A stretch of DNA of 64,000 nt from an uncultured Thermoplasmata archaeon. GTDB taxonomy: Archaea; Thermoplasmatota; Thermoplasmata; Lutacidiplasmatales; UBA184. Shown piece by piece: positions 9,909 to 19,700 of this stretch; position 1 is the first letter of the stretch, and every line of letters begins with the position of its first letter. The stretch is taken from contig CAVVLX010000007.1 of the NCBI GenBank assembly GCA_963749195.1, positions 396,031-460,030 on the forward strand, in the 5' to 3' direction. The notes under the pieces were generated by a model. It worked only from the letters and a program-made list of their open reading frames with translations, was not told the origin of the DNA and made no database searches. The translations under genes were made by a program, and so were the position numbers.

Positions 9909-10592
9909 ATGTATTATCTCGATCATCGACGGGATGTCGTCCGGATTCCCCCGGAGCGACTCGGGCCAGAACTCGCCGGCGTCCTCACGGAGCTCGCGCA
10001 ACAACAGTTCGAAGGCAAACTCGTCGACGCCCAGAACCTAACGGTCATCATTCGGGACGTGAAGCCGATCGGAGAGGGCCATATCATTCATGGCGACGGC
10101 GGCGTCTACCAAGAGGTCGAGTACCAAGCACTCCTCTTCCGTCCCGAGATCCAGGAGGTCGTGGAAGGGGCTGTAGTCGAAATCCGGAAGTTCGGAGCAT
10201 TCGTTCGATTCGGTCCTCTAGATGGTCTGCTCCACGTCTCTCAGATCATGGACGACCGGGTGAACATCGATGAGCACAATCAACGCCTCGTGGGGGTCGA
10301 GACCAAAAAAGACCTCAAGGTCGGCTATAAAGTTCGAGCTCGCGTGGTGTCGCTTTCCTTATCGGAAATATCTCCGAGGGACAGTCGAATCGGTTTGACC
10401 ATGCGCCAGCCCGGATTGGGCCGCTTAGAATGGATTGTGGAAGCCCACAAGAAAGGAGAGGAGAAATCCGGTAAGAAAGCAGCTCCCAAACCGGCCGGAC
10501 GGAATCTGTCCCCCGGAAAAGTAGCGGCCATCTCGAAGCCGGTTTCGTCGGCCAAGGCGCCGCCGCCTGCCGTTGCGGAGAAGAGCGCATGA
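9909..10592 (+). CDS. rpoE: DNA-directed RNA polymerase subunit E' (Rpb7 homologue) with an unusual Lys/Ala/Pro-rich C-terminal tail of about 40 aa
   Basis: From ATG 9909: MYYLDHRRDVVRIPPERLGPEL...IGEGHIIHGDGGVYQEVEYQALLFRPEIQEVVEGAVVEIRKFGAFVRFGPLDGLLHVSQI matches the E' consensus. The tail reads KKGEEKSGKKAAPKPAGR...APPPAVAEKSA. The track start at 9741 is an upstream TTG. Confidence 0.85.
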   Translation: MYYLDHRRDVVRIPPERLGPELAGVLTELAQQQFEGKLVDAQNLTVIIRDVKPIGEGHIIHGDGGVYQEVEYQALLFRPEIQEVVEGAVVEIRKFGAFVRFGPLDGLLHVSQIMDDRVNIDEHNQRLVGVETKKDLKVGYKVRARVVSLSLSEISPRDSRIGLTMRQPGLGRLEWIVEAHKKGEEKSGKKAAPKPAGRNLSPGKVAAISKPVSSAKAPPPAVAEKSA

Positions 10593-10774
10593 TCGCGTTG
10601 AAAGCGTGCAAGAACTGTCGAACGATCACCGAACTGAACAAGTGCCCGAGGTGCGGAGGGGAGGTCTCTCGGGAGTGGCAAGGGTACTTGATCGTCATTG
10701 ATCCAGAGAAATCCGAGATCGCCCGAAAGATGGGGATTCATGCGAGCGGGCGCTACGCCCTCCGCGTCAAGTGA
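10589..10774 (+). CDS. spt4: transcription elongation factor Spt4 / RNAP subunit E''
   Basis: 61-aa zinc-ribbon protein (CKNCRTIT...CPRCGG). ATGA overlap with the rpoE stop. Conserved archaeal gene order. Confidence 0.75.
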   Translation: MIALKACKNCRTITELNKCPRCGGEVSREWQGYLIVIDPEKSEIARKMGIHASGRYALRVK

Positions 10775-11296
10775 GGAGCGCGTCTGGGTCGTACCCGATT
10801 CGTTGCGCGCAACGCTCGCTCAACGATACGGCCCGGTGTTTCCGGCCCCGAGGTCGACCGCCAACTGCGTTCCTTACGGATCTTTGCGACCTGCGGGGAC
10901 CGCGTGACGGCCGAGGCGGTGAGCCTCGGGAATCTCCCGCTCGTGGGAATCGTCGACTACAAGACCCGCCGGAATGAGCCGATTTCTCCCGATCTGTTTC
11001 GCCCGCTCGCCGATCGCCATTTGGTGCGCGTGAAGAACCCTGCGGGGATGCTAACGGACAGTCTGCGTCGAACCGTGCACGACCTGATTCTCGCCGGTGG
11101 GGGATTGATCGAAGTGGTCGGCGAGGAGGATTTGGGGTCGCTGGCCCTCGTCGAATCGATGCCCGCCGGGGCCACAGTTATATACGGAATCCCAGGTGAG
11201 GGGGCCTCCTTCGTGACCGTCGATTCGGCCGCGAAGGAACGGGTGCGCACCCTCATCGCGCAGATGGAACTCAGGAGAATCTCCCTTGGAAATTAA
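10740..11296 (+). CDS. DUF359 protein (archaeal GTP-dependent dephospho-CoA kinase family). The reading frame is interrupted by an apparent -1-nt frameshift in a C-run at 10846..10849
   Basis: Frame 0 (10740..10907) gives MRAGATPSASSEERVWVVPDSLRATLAQRYGPVFPAP.... Frame 2 continues ...IFATCGDRVTAEAVSLGNLPLVGIVDYKTRR..., which is the DUF359 core. The gene sits between spt4 and rps24e, the position it holds in most archaea. Confidence 0.55.
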
Positions 11297-11828
11297 GATC
11301 CTCGACGAGCGTCCGAACCCGCTCCTCAAACGCACCGAATACCGTTTCGAAGTTGAACATGCGACGGCGGCGACCCCGAGTCGGGACGTCATCCGCTCCG
11401 AGTTAGCGAAAGTCGTGAAGGCGTCCAAGGACCGGGTCATCATCGAACGGATGAACGCCCGGTACGGGACGGCCAAGAGCCTCGGCGAAGCGGCGCTCTA
11501 CGATTCCGTGGACGCTGCTAAATCGGTCGTTCGCGAGCATATCTTGATCCGCAACGGGCTCAAGGACAAGCCGGTTAAGGGAACGCCGACTGAAGCCGAT
11601 AGTCCAGCACCGGCGCCACCCGCCAAGACCGCGACGCCCGAGCCTCCAAAGGAGTCTCCGAAGGAATCCGCGAAGGAAACATCGAAAGAGACTCCAAAGG
11701 AATCCGCAAAGGAGCACTCGAAGGAGTCGACGAAAGAGGCTCACAAGGACTCCCCCAAAGACGCGCACAAGGAGTTGGCGAAAGAGTCGCCCAAGGAATC
11801 CTCGAAAGGTTCGCCCAAAGGATCGTAG
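11286..11828 (+). CDS. rps24e: 30S ribosomal protein S24e with a C-terminal Lys/Glu/Ser/Pro-rich repeat extension of about 80 aa
   Basis: N-terminal 100 aa match S24e (MEIKILDERPNPLLKRTEYRFEVEH...). The tail has PKESAKETSKETPKESAKEHSKE... repeats, encoded by a 15-nt periodic DNA repeat. Confidence 0.85.
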   Translation: MEIKILDERPNPLLKRTEYRFEVEHATAATPSRDVIRSELAKVVKASKDRVIIERMNARYGTAKSLGEAALYDSVDAAKSVVREHILIRNGLKDKPVKGTPTEADSPAPAPPAKTATPEPPKESPKESAKETSKETPKESAKEHSKESTKEAHKDSPKDAHKELAKESPKESSKGSPKGS

Positions 11829-11831
11829 GCG

Positions 11832-12023
11832 ATGGCCAAAGGACGTATCGGCCTCTACGCGACGAAAGGGGACACCCTCTCGCGCACCCACAAGTCCTGC
11901 CCCAAGTGCGGGCCGGGGACATTCCTGGCCGAGCACGCGAACCGACGTTCCTGCGGCCGATGCGGGTACAGCGAATCGAAGACGGCGCCCTCTCCGAAGC
12001 CCAAAGCAGGCAAGCCGAATTAG
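11832..12023 (+). CDS. rps27ae: 30S ribosomal protein S27ae
   Basis: [14 protein letters not shown]...[26 protein letters not shown] zinc ribbon typical of S27ae. Confidence 0.85.
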   Translation: MAKGRIGLYATKGDTLSRTHKSCPKCGPGTFLAEHANRRSCGRCGYSESKTAPSPKPKAGKPN

Positions 12024-12185
12024 AACCGCCCATCAACCCCTTCGGGGCTCGGCGGGGGGACTATTGAATACGCTCACCCGCCGATAGGCGCCAGCGCACC
12101 GTAGATGGTTGGCCGATTCTATCGTGGAGGATCCATCGCGCGAACCACCAGGGAAGCCCCCGATACGGGGGCCAGAGCGCGAGGA

Positions 12186-12965
12186 TTAGGAGGGCGCCGC
12201 CGGGGTGTTGGCCTGTGGCATCCTGGACTGGCCGTAGATTTTCCAGCCCATGATGAGAGGGAAGACGGCGAAGGTCAGGAGGGCGAACGGGGAGAACGAG
12301 CCGGAATCAACGGGGAAGGAGGCCAACGCAATCAGTCCCGCCACACCGAACGCTGCGCTGAGCACGCCGAGGTACTTGCCAAACGCTGGAGATTTCAGCA
12401 TCGCCACTCCCAGGACGATGAAGCCTACCGACAGGAAAATGTAGGCGCAGGTGTCGAACTGATTGAACATGCCTTGCGTGGCCTGCCACAGTTGCACGGC
12501 GGTCGCCTGCTGCGCGGCCGTGGCCCCAGCGGCATGATACTGGGCGGAGATCTGCGCCATGGCCACATTCGGTTCGCTTTCGACGGCTAAGACAGCGAGA
12601 CCCAAGAAACTCAGGAGCCCCCCAAAGAGCGCCGGGGCGAGGCTCGATTCCCGAAGCGATCGATAGAGGGCCATGAAGAGCGGGGCGAACAAGAGGACGC
12701 CTACCAGGAAGAGCGTTTGGCCGATGATGATTTGTGTTTGAAGACCCGGGAATCGCATGACCGGTCCCGCCCCCGCAGCGGTGGTGTTCGTCCCGACGAA
12801 TGCTACTTGATAGACAATGCTGACGAGGAAGATGACGGCTCCAAGCATCCCCGCTAAGCCGCCCCAGCGAAGCACGTTCCTCTCGTTTGCGATTCGATTG
12901 GTACTCTCGATCGTCGCTTTGTCTAGGATGACCCCCGGCATTGCGGGGGCGTTGATCGTCGCCAT
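12186..12965 (-). CDS. polytopic membrane protein of unknown function
   Basis: 259-aa ORF with about 6 hydrophobic helices. The overlapping ORF 12307..12987 in another frame is an R-rich artefact. Confidence 0.5.
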   Translation of the reverse strand: MATINAPAMPGVILDKATIESTNRIANERNVLRWGGLAGMLGAVIFLVSIVYQVAFVGTNTTAAGAGPVMRFPGLQTQIIIGQTLFLVGVLLFAPLFMALYRSLRESSLAPALFGGLLSFLGLAVLAVESEPNVAMAQISAQYHAAGATAAQQATAVQLWQATQGMFNQFDTCAYIFLSVGFIVLGVAMLKSPAFGKYLGVLSAAFGVAGLIALASFPVDSGSFSPFALLTFAVFPLIMGWKIYGQSRMPQANTPAAPS

Positions 12966-13056
12966 GGTCCCTCTCGACTTCGACCATTCGGAGTAATCTT
13001 AGGGGATAAACCAGTCCTTGATTCTAATCAAGGAGAATTCTCGACGGTGGCGAGCA

Positions 13057-14097
13057 TTAACCGGAGGGCGGACTCGCTGCGGTCAGCACGGGATGAAAGG
13101 CTCCTGCCTCGACGTCCGTGACCACGGTGATCACCACTTTTCCGTGGGTGTCCCCCGCTTCGACATACCGGTGGGCATCGGGGACTCCTTCGAGCGCGTA
13201 GCGCCGATCTATGGCCGATCGGAGCTTTCCCGCCTCAACGAGCTCTTTGAGCATGACCAAGTCTTCCGTCGTAGGCCTGGGAGCCCGGAAGATGACTCTC
13301 GGACCTCGCCGTATCGAGCTTCCAAGGGCTCGGAGCATCGAGAAGAGTCGGGGGTTCACTAAGAGATAGCAGCCGTTCTTTTTCAGCGATCGCAGGCAGC
13401 GAGAGAACGAACTCTTGCCGACGACGTCCAAAATGACTTCGTAAGTGTCCCCACGCTCGGAGAAATCTTCCCGAGTGTAATCGATCACCCGGTCGGCGCC
13501 GATCGAGCGCAGCATCTCCAGTTTTCCGGTTCGGTCCACGCCCGTCACGCCAACCCCCAAGTGCTTCCCTAGCTGCACAGCGAGAGTGCCGATGCTCCCT
13601 CCCGCGCCGTTGATCAGCATCCGTTGTCCGTTATGGACGTTTACTTTTCTAAGAAAACGGAGCGCTTCCAAGCCCCCCATCGGGACCGCGGCGGCCTCTT
13701 CATAGGACATATTCACCGGCTTTATCGCGAGCACCGAGTCCCGAGATTCGGTTGGTAGACAGATGTATTCGGCGTACGCGCCGAAGCCAAAGCCGGTCGT
13801 TCCGAAAACCTCGTCACCGGGTTTGAATCGCTTCACGTCGTTGCCGACGGCCTCCACTTTGCCCGCCAGCTCTTGACCGAGAATTTTCCGCCGGGGGTTT
13901 CTGACGCCCATGTAAAGTCGAAGGAGGATTCTCAGCCCGATGGAAAATCTGAGGCTCCGAAGTTCACAGTCTCCCGCCGTAACAGTCGTTGCGTATACCC
14001 GGATCAGTACTTCATCGGCGCGCGGAACCGGCTTGGCCACCTCGGCGAGTACAAGGCCGTCGGGGGGTCCGTACCTTGTCCAAACAATAGCCTTCAA
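13057..14097 (-). CDS. zinc-type alcohol dehydrogenase / quinone oxidoreductase (MDR superfamily)
   Basis: MKAIVWTRYGPPDGLVLAEVAKPVP...; Rossmann motif INGAGGSIGTLAVQLGK; C-terminal HGKVVITV. Confidence 0.8.
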   Translation of the reverse strand: MKAIVWTRYGPPDGLVLAEVAKPVPRADEVLIRVYATTVTAGDCELRSLRFSIGLRILLRLYMGVRNPRRKILGQELAGKVEAVGNDVKRFKPGDEVFGTTGFGFGAYAEYICLPTESRDSVLAIKPVNMSYEEAAAVPMGGLEALRFLRKVNVHNGQRMLINGAGGSIGTLAVQLGKHLGVGVTGVDRTGKLEMLRSIGADRVIDYTREDFSERGDTYEVILDVVGKSSFSRCLRSLKKNGCYLLVNPRLFSMLRALGSSIRRGPRVIFRAPRPTTEDLVMLKELVEAGKLRSAIDRRYALEGVPDAHRYVEAGDTHGKVVITVVTDVEAGAFHPVLTAASPPSG

Positions 14098-14173
14098 GGA
14101 TTATGCTTCCTCGGCCGAGCGTCGGTCTCCGAGAAACCATCGCGTACAAACGGGCCGTCGAACGACGAAACCA

Positions 14174-15220
14174 TCACTTCGAGGGGGAGGAAAGGAATAT
14201 CCGGTTTCCACTACCCTTACCCGAATCCAGTTCGTCGATCGAGTTCAGGATCTGGATCGCCCCCCTTCCTCGCGGCGTGAGTCGATATCGCTCTCGAGCG
14301 AGATGCGCGACCAGCCCGCTCTCGGTCAGTTTGCGAAGGTGAAACGCGATCAATGACGTGTCGTCGAGATGGGCCGCTTGCAGTGCCTGAGTGAAGCTGC
14401 ACGGGCCTTCTCCCAGTCGATGGAGGACTAGCCGACGGATGGGGTTCGCCAGCGATTCCAGTGTCGAGTGCGCATCCGCCGAAACAATCGAGGCACGAAC
14501 CGCGAGTGCTCCCGTAGCCGTGATCTTCGTAGGGTCATATCCGACCGCAAGGGGACCTTTCCCTTCCAAGATCGCCCGTATTCCCTCGAGCAGCGCGGCA
14601 ATCTCTTCCTCGCGGTGGCGGGCGAGCAATTCCTCCACGGCCGCGAGAACCACGGCCACCCGCTCCCTAGGACCGACAAACTCTTGGACGACCGATCGAA
14701 TTTTCGAGGGGTTGTCCGGGTCGAGGGGCAAAAGACTGACCTCCTTGGCGGTAACTCGGATGGGAGGAGGGGCGATCAAGAGGACCTCATACCCCCCTTT
14801 GGCGGCCAGGGCGCTGGCGTACCGCCCGGGGTCGAGGGGCTCTGCTCCCGTTCGGGTCAGCGCAAGTTGTTGGTTCACCAAGGCGAGCACACGGTCAACT
14901 TGCTTTGGAGTCACCGGTTTGAGTAGGTAGTCCAGCGCGCCCATCTGCAACGTCCGGACAGCGGTCTCCACGGTCGCCTTGCCGGTCAGCATCACCACGA
15001 TCAGCCGGGGCCACCTTTCCTTGGCCACTCCGAGGAGCTCGATTCCGCTCTGACGCCCCATTTTCAAGTCAGTGAACATCACGTCGAACTCTTCTCGTTC
15101 CAAAGCCGTGACGGCTTGAGCGGCGCTCGGAACGGACCGAGCGACATGCCCGCGATCGTCGAGGAGCCCGGAAAGTTCCTCTCGAAAGCTCCAGTCGTCG
15201 TCCACAAGGAGAACTCGCAT
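14174..15220 (-). CDS. response regulator: N-terminal REC domain, DUF835-like middle domain, C-terminal ArsR-type winged HTH
   Basis: MRVLLVDDD...FDVMFTDLKMG...LDYLLKP (REC with phospho-acceptor Asp). C-terminal NPIRRLVLHRLGEGPCSFTQALQAAHLDDTSLIAFHLRKLTESGLV (ArsR HTH). Confidence 0.75.
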   Translation of the reverse strand: MRVLLVDDDWSFREELSGLLDDRGHVARSVPSAAQAVTALEREEFDVMFTDLKMGRQSGIELLGVAKERWPRLIVVMLTGKATVETAVRTLQMGALDYLLKPVTPKQVDRVLALVNQQLALTRTGAEPLDPGRYASALAAKGGYEVLLIAPPPIRVTAKEVSLLPLDPDNPSKIRSVVQEFVGPRERVAVVLAAVEELLARHREEEIAALLEGIRAILEGKGPLAVGYDPTKITATGALAVRASIVSADAHSTLESLANPIRRLVLHRLGEGPCSFTQALQAAHLDDTSLIAFHLRKLTESGLVAHLARERYRLTPRGRGAIQILNSIDELDSGKGSGNRIFLSSPSK

Positions 15221-15521
15221 CCCGGAACCCTTCGCTTTACGTCGATCCTACGGATCGAGGTTGGGTCCTCCATTGTCCTTCGCCCCGATAGGCATTTCGT
15301 GGACCTCGAGCCCCATTTTCTCGGGAGCGTGACGGACGAGGCGAGTGCACGAAACGGATAGTCTCGTTGTAGATTCGCATCAAGGGCGTTTCCGGTCATT
15401 TTTCGCCCCTGCGATCCTTGCACGCGCCGATCGCGATCTGTCGTCGCTCGCCCGCGTCATCCATGTCTCGGGCACGGCCACCGCCTCCGTGGTATGATAA
15501 GAACCCCCGGAACTCAGGAGG

Positions 15522-16352
15522 GTGAGGATTCCGATGACCAAAGTTGGTTGGGAAGCGCTCGCGAAGTGGCGTGATTTCCGTATGGGTGAGCGGGGTGACC
15601 TTTGGCATCGGGCCCTCATCGACCCCACCCTGCTCGCCGTTCTGGGTTCAATCCGGGGTCGTCGGGTGTTGGACGTCGCCTGTGGAAACGGCTACCTCAC
15701 TCGTCGTTTCCGACGGCAGGGGGCGAGCCGCGCGGTCGGCGTCGACGCGTCGCTCGCCTCGATCCGACTGGCCCAGAAAAGAGAAGCCGCACACCCCTCG
15801 GGGGCCGAGTTCATTCACGGGGACGCGGCGCGACTAGCGCAGTTCGGGGACGGGAGCTTCGATCGAATTGTGGCCAACATGGCGCTCATGGACATCCCCG
15901 ACGCTTCTGCGACGATTCGAGAGATCGGCCGCCTCCTCGCACCGAAGGGTCGGCTTGTTTTCTCGATCAACCATCCGTGCTTCGAGGTGGACGAGAGATC
16001 CGCTTGGTTGATTGAGCGACTGCCGTACGTGGAAAACATCGCTCGGAAGGTGGAGAACTACCGAAAGGAACGCCCCGTCCGCGCGGCGTGGAAGATCTCG
16101 GAGACTGAGACGGCGTACACTATTGGCTACCATCGAACGTTGGCAACGTACTCTCGCTACTTACGCAATGCCGGGCTCGCCATCGTGCAAATGGCAGAGC
16201 CGGCGCCGAAACCCGAACTCCTAAGAAAGAGCACCCAAGGGCGACTCATCGCCGAGATTCCGCTTCACCTCGTCGTAGAAGCGGTTCCGTGGAAGCTCCC
16301 TAAGAATCGCCCTCGTCCCAAGGAATCCAAAGGCGCCGTCTCCCCCAGCTGA
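15522..16352 (+). CDS. class I SAM-dependent methyltransferase
   Basis: Motif I VLDVACGNGYLT and post-I D-A-S; Methyltransf_11-like. Alternative start MTKVGW at 15534. Confidence 0.75.
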   Translation: MRIPMTKVGWEALAKWRDFRMGERGDLWHRALIDPTLLAVLGSIRGRRVLDVACGNGYLTRRFRRQGASRAVGVDASLASIRLAQKREAAHPSGAEFIHGDAARLAQFGDGSFDRIVANMALMDIPDASATIREIGRLLAPKGRLVFSINHPCFEVDERSAWLIERLPYVENIARKVENYRKERPVRAAWKISETETAYTIGYHRTLATYSRYLRNAGLAIVQMAEPAPKPELLRKSTQGRLIAEIPLHLVVEAVPWKLPKNRPRPKESKGAVSPS

Positions 16353-16727
16353 TGGAAATCCTACGTACGGTCGAAAAGTCAATACACGCCCGAAGTTGGT
16401 CTTGCGGGGTCCGCAGCGGGCCCGCAGCATCGTATGGGCCGTTTGCATATGGCCCAAAGTAAATCTGTCAGTCGCCCAAGGTCCAGTCTGAGAGAGCGAC
16501 CCTGGTCCGGCAGTCGGCTAACCGCGACTGAGTAAGAATGGTCGGGGCCGTAGAAAACACTCAATCTTCAACTTTCTTTCTCGAGACGTCCCGGCTAGGC
16601 CCAGGCCCGGCCCTGATAGCGCAGCCGACGTTCCGACAACGAAGAGGGCTCTTCATGGGGGATCGAGAAACGAGGCTCAGCGGCCGGAACCGAGACCCGT
16701 TCGCCGGGATTCCTGGCTCGTAGGCGG

Positions 16728-16736
16728 AATTTATTT
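16728..16736 (+). promoter_or_regulatory. putative TATA-like element (aatttattt) upstream of the cyclase-STAND gene
   Basis: Sole AT-rich nonamer in this GC-rich intergenic region. If functional, the transcription start would fall near 16755. That would favour ATG 16800 or 16812 over 16749 as the start codon. Confidence 0.2.
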
Positions 16737-16748
16737 GACCAGACGGAA

Positions 16749-19700
16749 ATGCCCCCGAGGAGGGTCGCGGTACGAACCCCGGGTTCTGCCTACAGTCCCA
16801 TGGGCGTGTCGATGGACCTCGCCCCCAGCGAGCGACGAGTTGTCGCATGCCTTACGCTTGACGTCGTCGGTTCAACTGACCTCGTTGTTCGACTTGGTCC
16901 GGATCAGCTGAAAGCGGAGTTGGGCCGCGCTTTTGCGGACGTACGGAACATCGTAGAGCTCCGGGGCGGGAAGATTGAGAAATTCCTTGGCGACGGACTG
17001 TTGGCGACGTTCGGCGTACCTCTCAGCCACACCGATGATTCCGAGCGCGCGCTGGGGGCGGCGCTCGAGTCAGTCGCGGCTTTGGAGCATCGCCGAGCGG
17101 AAGGGGACAGCCTCCACGTTCGCCTCGGCGTGGAAACCGGGGAAGTGTTGGTGGAACGAGAGAACCGGTCGCGTGATCAAGCACACGAACTCGTGGGGGC
17201 GTGCCTCAACATCTCCACGCGACTCCAGGAGAAGGCCGGCTCCGGCCAGGTGTATGTGGGTCCGACGTGCCACGAGCTAACCACCGATGTCGCCGAATTC
17301 GAAAGCATGGGGGCGCTCCGTCTCAAGGGTCTTGGAGAGGTTTCCGCTTGGCGACTAGTCCGACTTCGAGCGCCTCACTTGACCCTCCGCCCATCGTTCG
17401 TCGGGCGCGCGGAAGAACTCCTGACGCTCCGATCGGCTTTCGAAGGAGCCCGGCAGGGACACCCGACCCTCCTTGTGATCGTCGGTCCCCCCGGGCAGGG
17501 AAAGAGTCGCTTGTCTGAAGAATTCGTTCAGACGATTCGCCCCGATGCAGAACTCCTCTCCGCCCGATGTCGCCCCGACGATGAGAACGGCAAGGAGAAT
17601 CCGCTCCGACAGTTGCTGCCGGCGGAAGAGTCCCTCTCGCCGGGCCTCTCGCTCCGGACGAGACTCGAAGCAATGATCCCGGGGGAACGCGAACGAGAAC
17701 GCGTCCGGGAGGCGCTCGTGCACAGCGCGGGGGTGGAGGTGATCCCTCGATTCCTGGGAATGCTCATTCCTGCACGAGAAGGAGAGTTTTTGCAAGGCTG
17801 GGGTCGCTATCTTGACGGCCTTTCCGCCGCTCGGCCTGTAGTCGTCGTGATTGAAGACTTGCATTGGGCCGATCCGAGTTTCATCCGGCTGATGGACCGT
17901 CTGACCGAGTCGGGGAGCTCGCGGCTGTTAATCGTCGCCACGGCCCGACCCGAGGTTGTCGGAATCGCCGAACTTCGCCCCGGCCCGAATCACCTCCGGA
18001 TCGACCTGGGGCCGCTCGATCCGCAAGCGACCGCCACCCTCGCTCGAAGCGTCGGATCCTCCAGCGACGCAAACATCGCGCACGCCGAGGGAAATCCGCT
18101 TTTCGTCCTGGAGTTGGCTCGTGCTCCCGGTCGCTCCAGCCCGATTCCCATGACGATCCAAGCTGCCATCGGCGCCCACCTGGACGAACTCGCCCCGGAC
18201 GACCGCGGTCTCCTCGGATGCGCCTCCGTGGTCGGCGAGACGTTCGGGGTGCGCGACGTCGTCCTCTTGTCCGGTCGGCGACCGGCGGAGGTGGCAGGTG
18301 CACTCGCCCGGCTCGTGCACTTGCGGTACGTCCTCCAGGATGGCGGCGAGTTCCGTTTCCATCACCGGCTCGTTCGGGATGTGGTCTACGGGCGAATGGC
18401 CGTCGGTGAGCGGCTGCGTCTGCACGCTGTGTACGCTCAGGAGGGTTCTGGGACGGAGGACGTCGAGACCGCTGCCCATCATTGGTGGCAGGCGTTGGGG
18501 GTTCCCGACGCCGAGTGGGTTTGGAAAGGTCAGCCCGAGGGGGCAACCTATCGCGCCCAAGCGTTCCTGGCCCAGATGGCAGCCTCCAATCGTCACTTTG
18601 AACGAGCGTCGTCCGACCGCGCTCTGGAAGTGGCAGGCCGAGCGGTGAAGCTCGCCGGAATCCCTGAGGAGTCGGCGAAGGCGCACGAACTTGTCGCCGA
18701 CATCTACACTATGCGGGGCGACGGAAACGACGCGTGGGTGGAGTGGCAGCGGATACTCGCCGTCTACCAAAAGGCGGGCATCCCTACTCCTCTACGAGTC
18801 TTCACGGAAATGGTCAAAATTCCCATCTGGATGTGGGGAATCTTCCGTCAGCTGCCTCGCCCGGACGAAGTCCTAGCTTTACTTGATGAAGGCATCCGAA
18901 CGGCCCGGGCCACTGGCAATGCCTTGGCCCTGGCCGACCTGCTCGTCAACCGAACGAACTTCACCGGGACTGCGGATGGATTGGCTGAGGCGGTGGCCAC
19001 CCTGGGTTCCGTCGCAGACAACTCCGGAGTGGGGAGTGTCCTGGTCCAGCTCGCCGGTGTTCAGTCACTTCAAGGCGACCTCGAGTCGGCGCTGAAGACG
19101 TGTACGCGGATCGACTCATTGGTCCAGAGCGGGGTCCAGCTGGACCAGCACCAAATGCTGTTGTGGCGATTCGGCGCTTTCTACCACGCGGGGAACTTGG
19201 CGGGGGCGGAAGAGATCGCGACCCGCGTCCAGGTTCTGTCCGCAGACCAGAGTCCTCATTACAAGACGCACGCGCTCGGCATGCTAGCGGTCGTTCGTGC
19301 CGCCCGAGGGAAGTGGAGTGAAGTGCCTGCCTTGGCACAGGAGGCCCGTCGGCTCGTGTCAGAGAACCCGTATCGCGGATTTTGCCTCGTCGGGGCGGAC
19401 GCCGTAGCGTGGGGCGCCATCGCAGCGGTGCTGGCGAAACCGGACGTGCCGGATTGGTTGACTCCGACCGTCAGTCGGATGGTCCCGGAATCACCGGCAG
19501 TCCAGGCGAGCTTGCTCCTACTTCCGTACAGCATGGTGGGACAGGACCGGTATCGCCAAAAGGCACGGCCGGCCCACCGACTGGACACCGGATTGTGGCA
19601 TCGGCAGATTTGGGATCAATTCGGCGTGAACGTGACAATTGGTCTCGCAATTCTAGAACGCTGGGACGAATTGGGTCCCTACATCGAGACCCTGGAGATG

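Noticed and set aside
11620-11825. 15-nt periodic direct repeats, considered as a possible CRISPR-like or VNTR array
   Set aside because: They lie in frame inside rps24e and encode a KE/S/P-rich peptide repeat. The units are imperfect and too short for CRISPR, and there is no spacer structure.
12040-12056. GC hairpin (ccccttcgggg) after rps27ae as a terminator
   Set aside because: There is no following oligo-T tract, which archaeal termination generally requires. It may still structure the 3' UTR, but the evidence is too weak to annotate.
16353-16748. 400-bp gene-free stretch scanned for SRP RNA, RNase P RNA or 5S rRNA
   Set aside because: It lacks the conserved SRP domain-IV (GGAAGGGAGCAA-like), RNase P P4 (GGAAAGUCCGG-like) and 5S (CCGAAC...GGTTAAG-like) motifs. 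It probably holds promoter or UTR sequence of the cyclase-STAND gene. A covariance-model scan would be needed to exclude a novel ncRNA.
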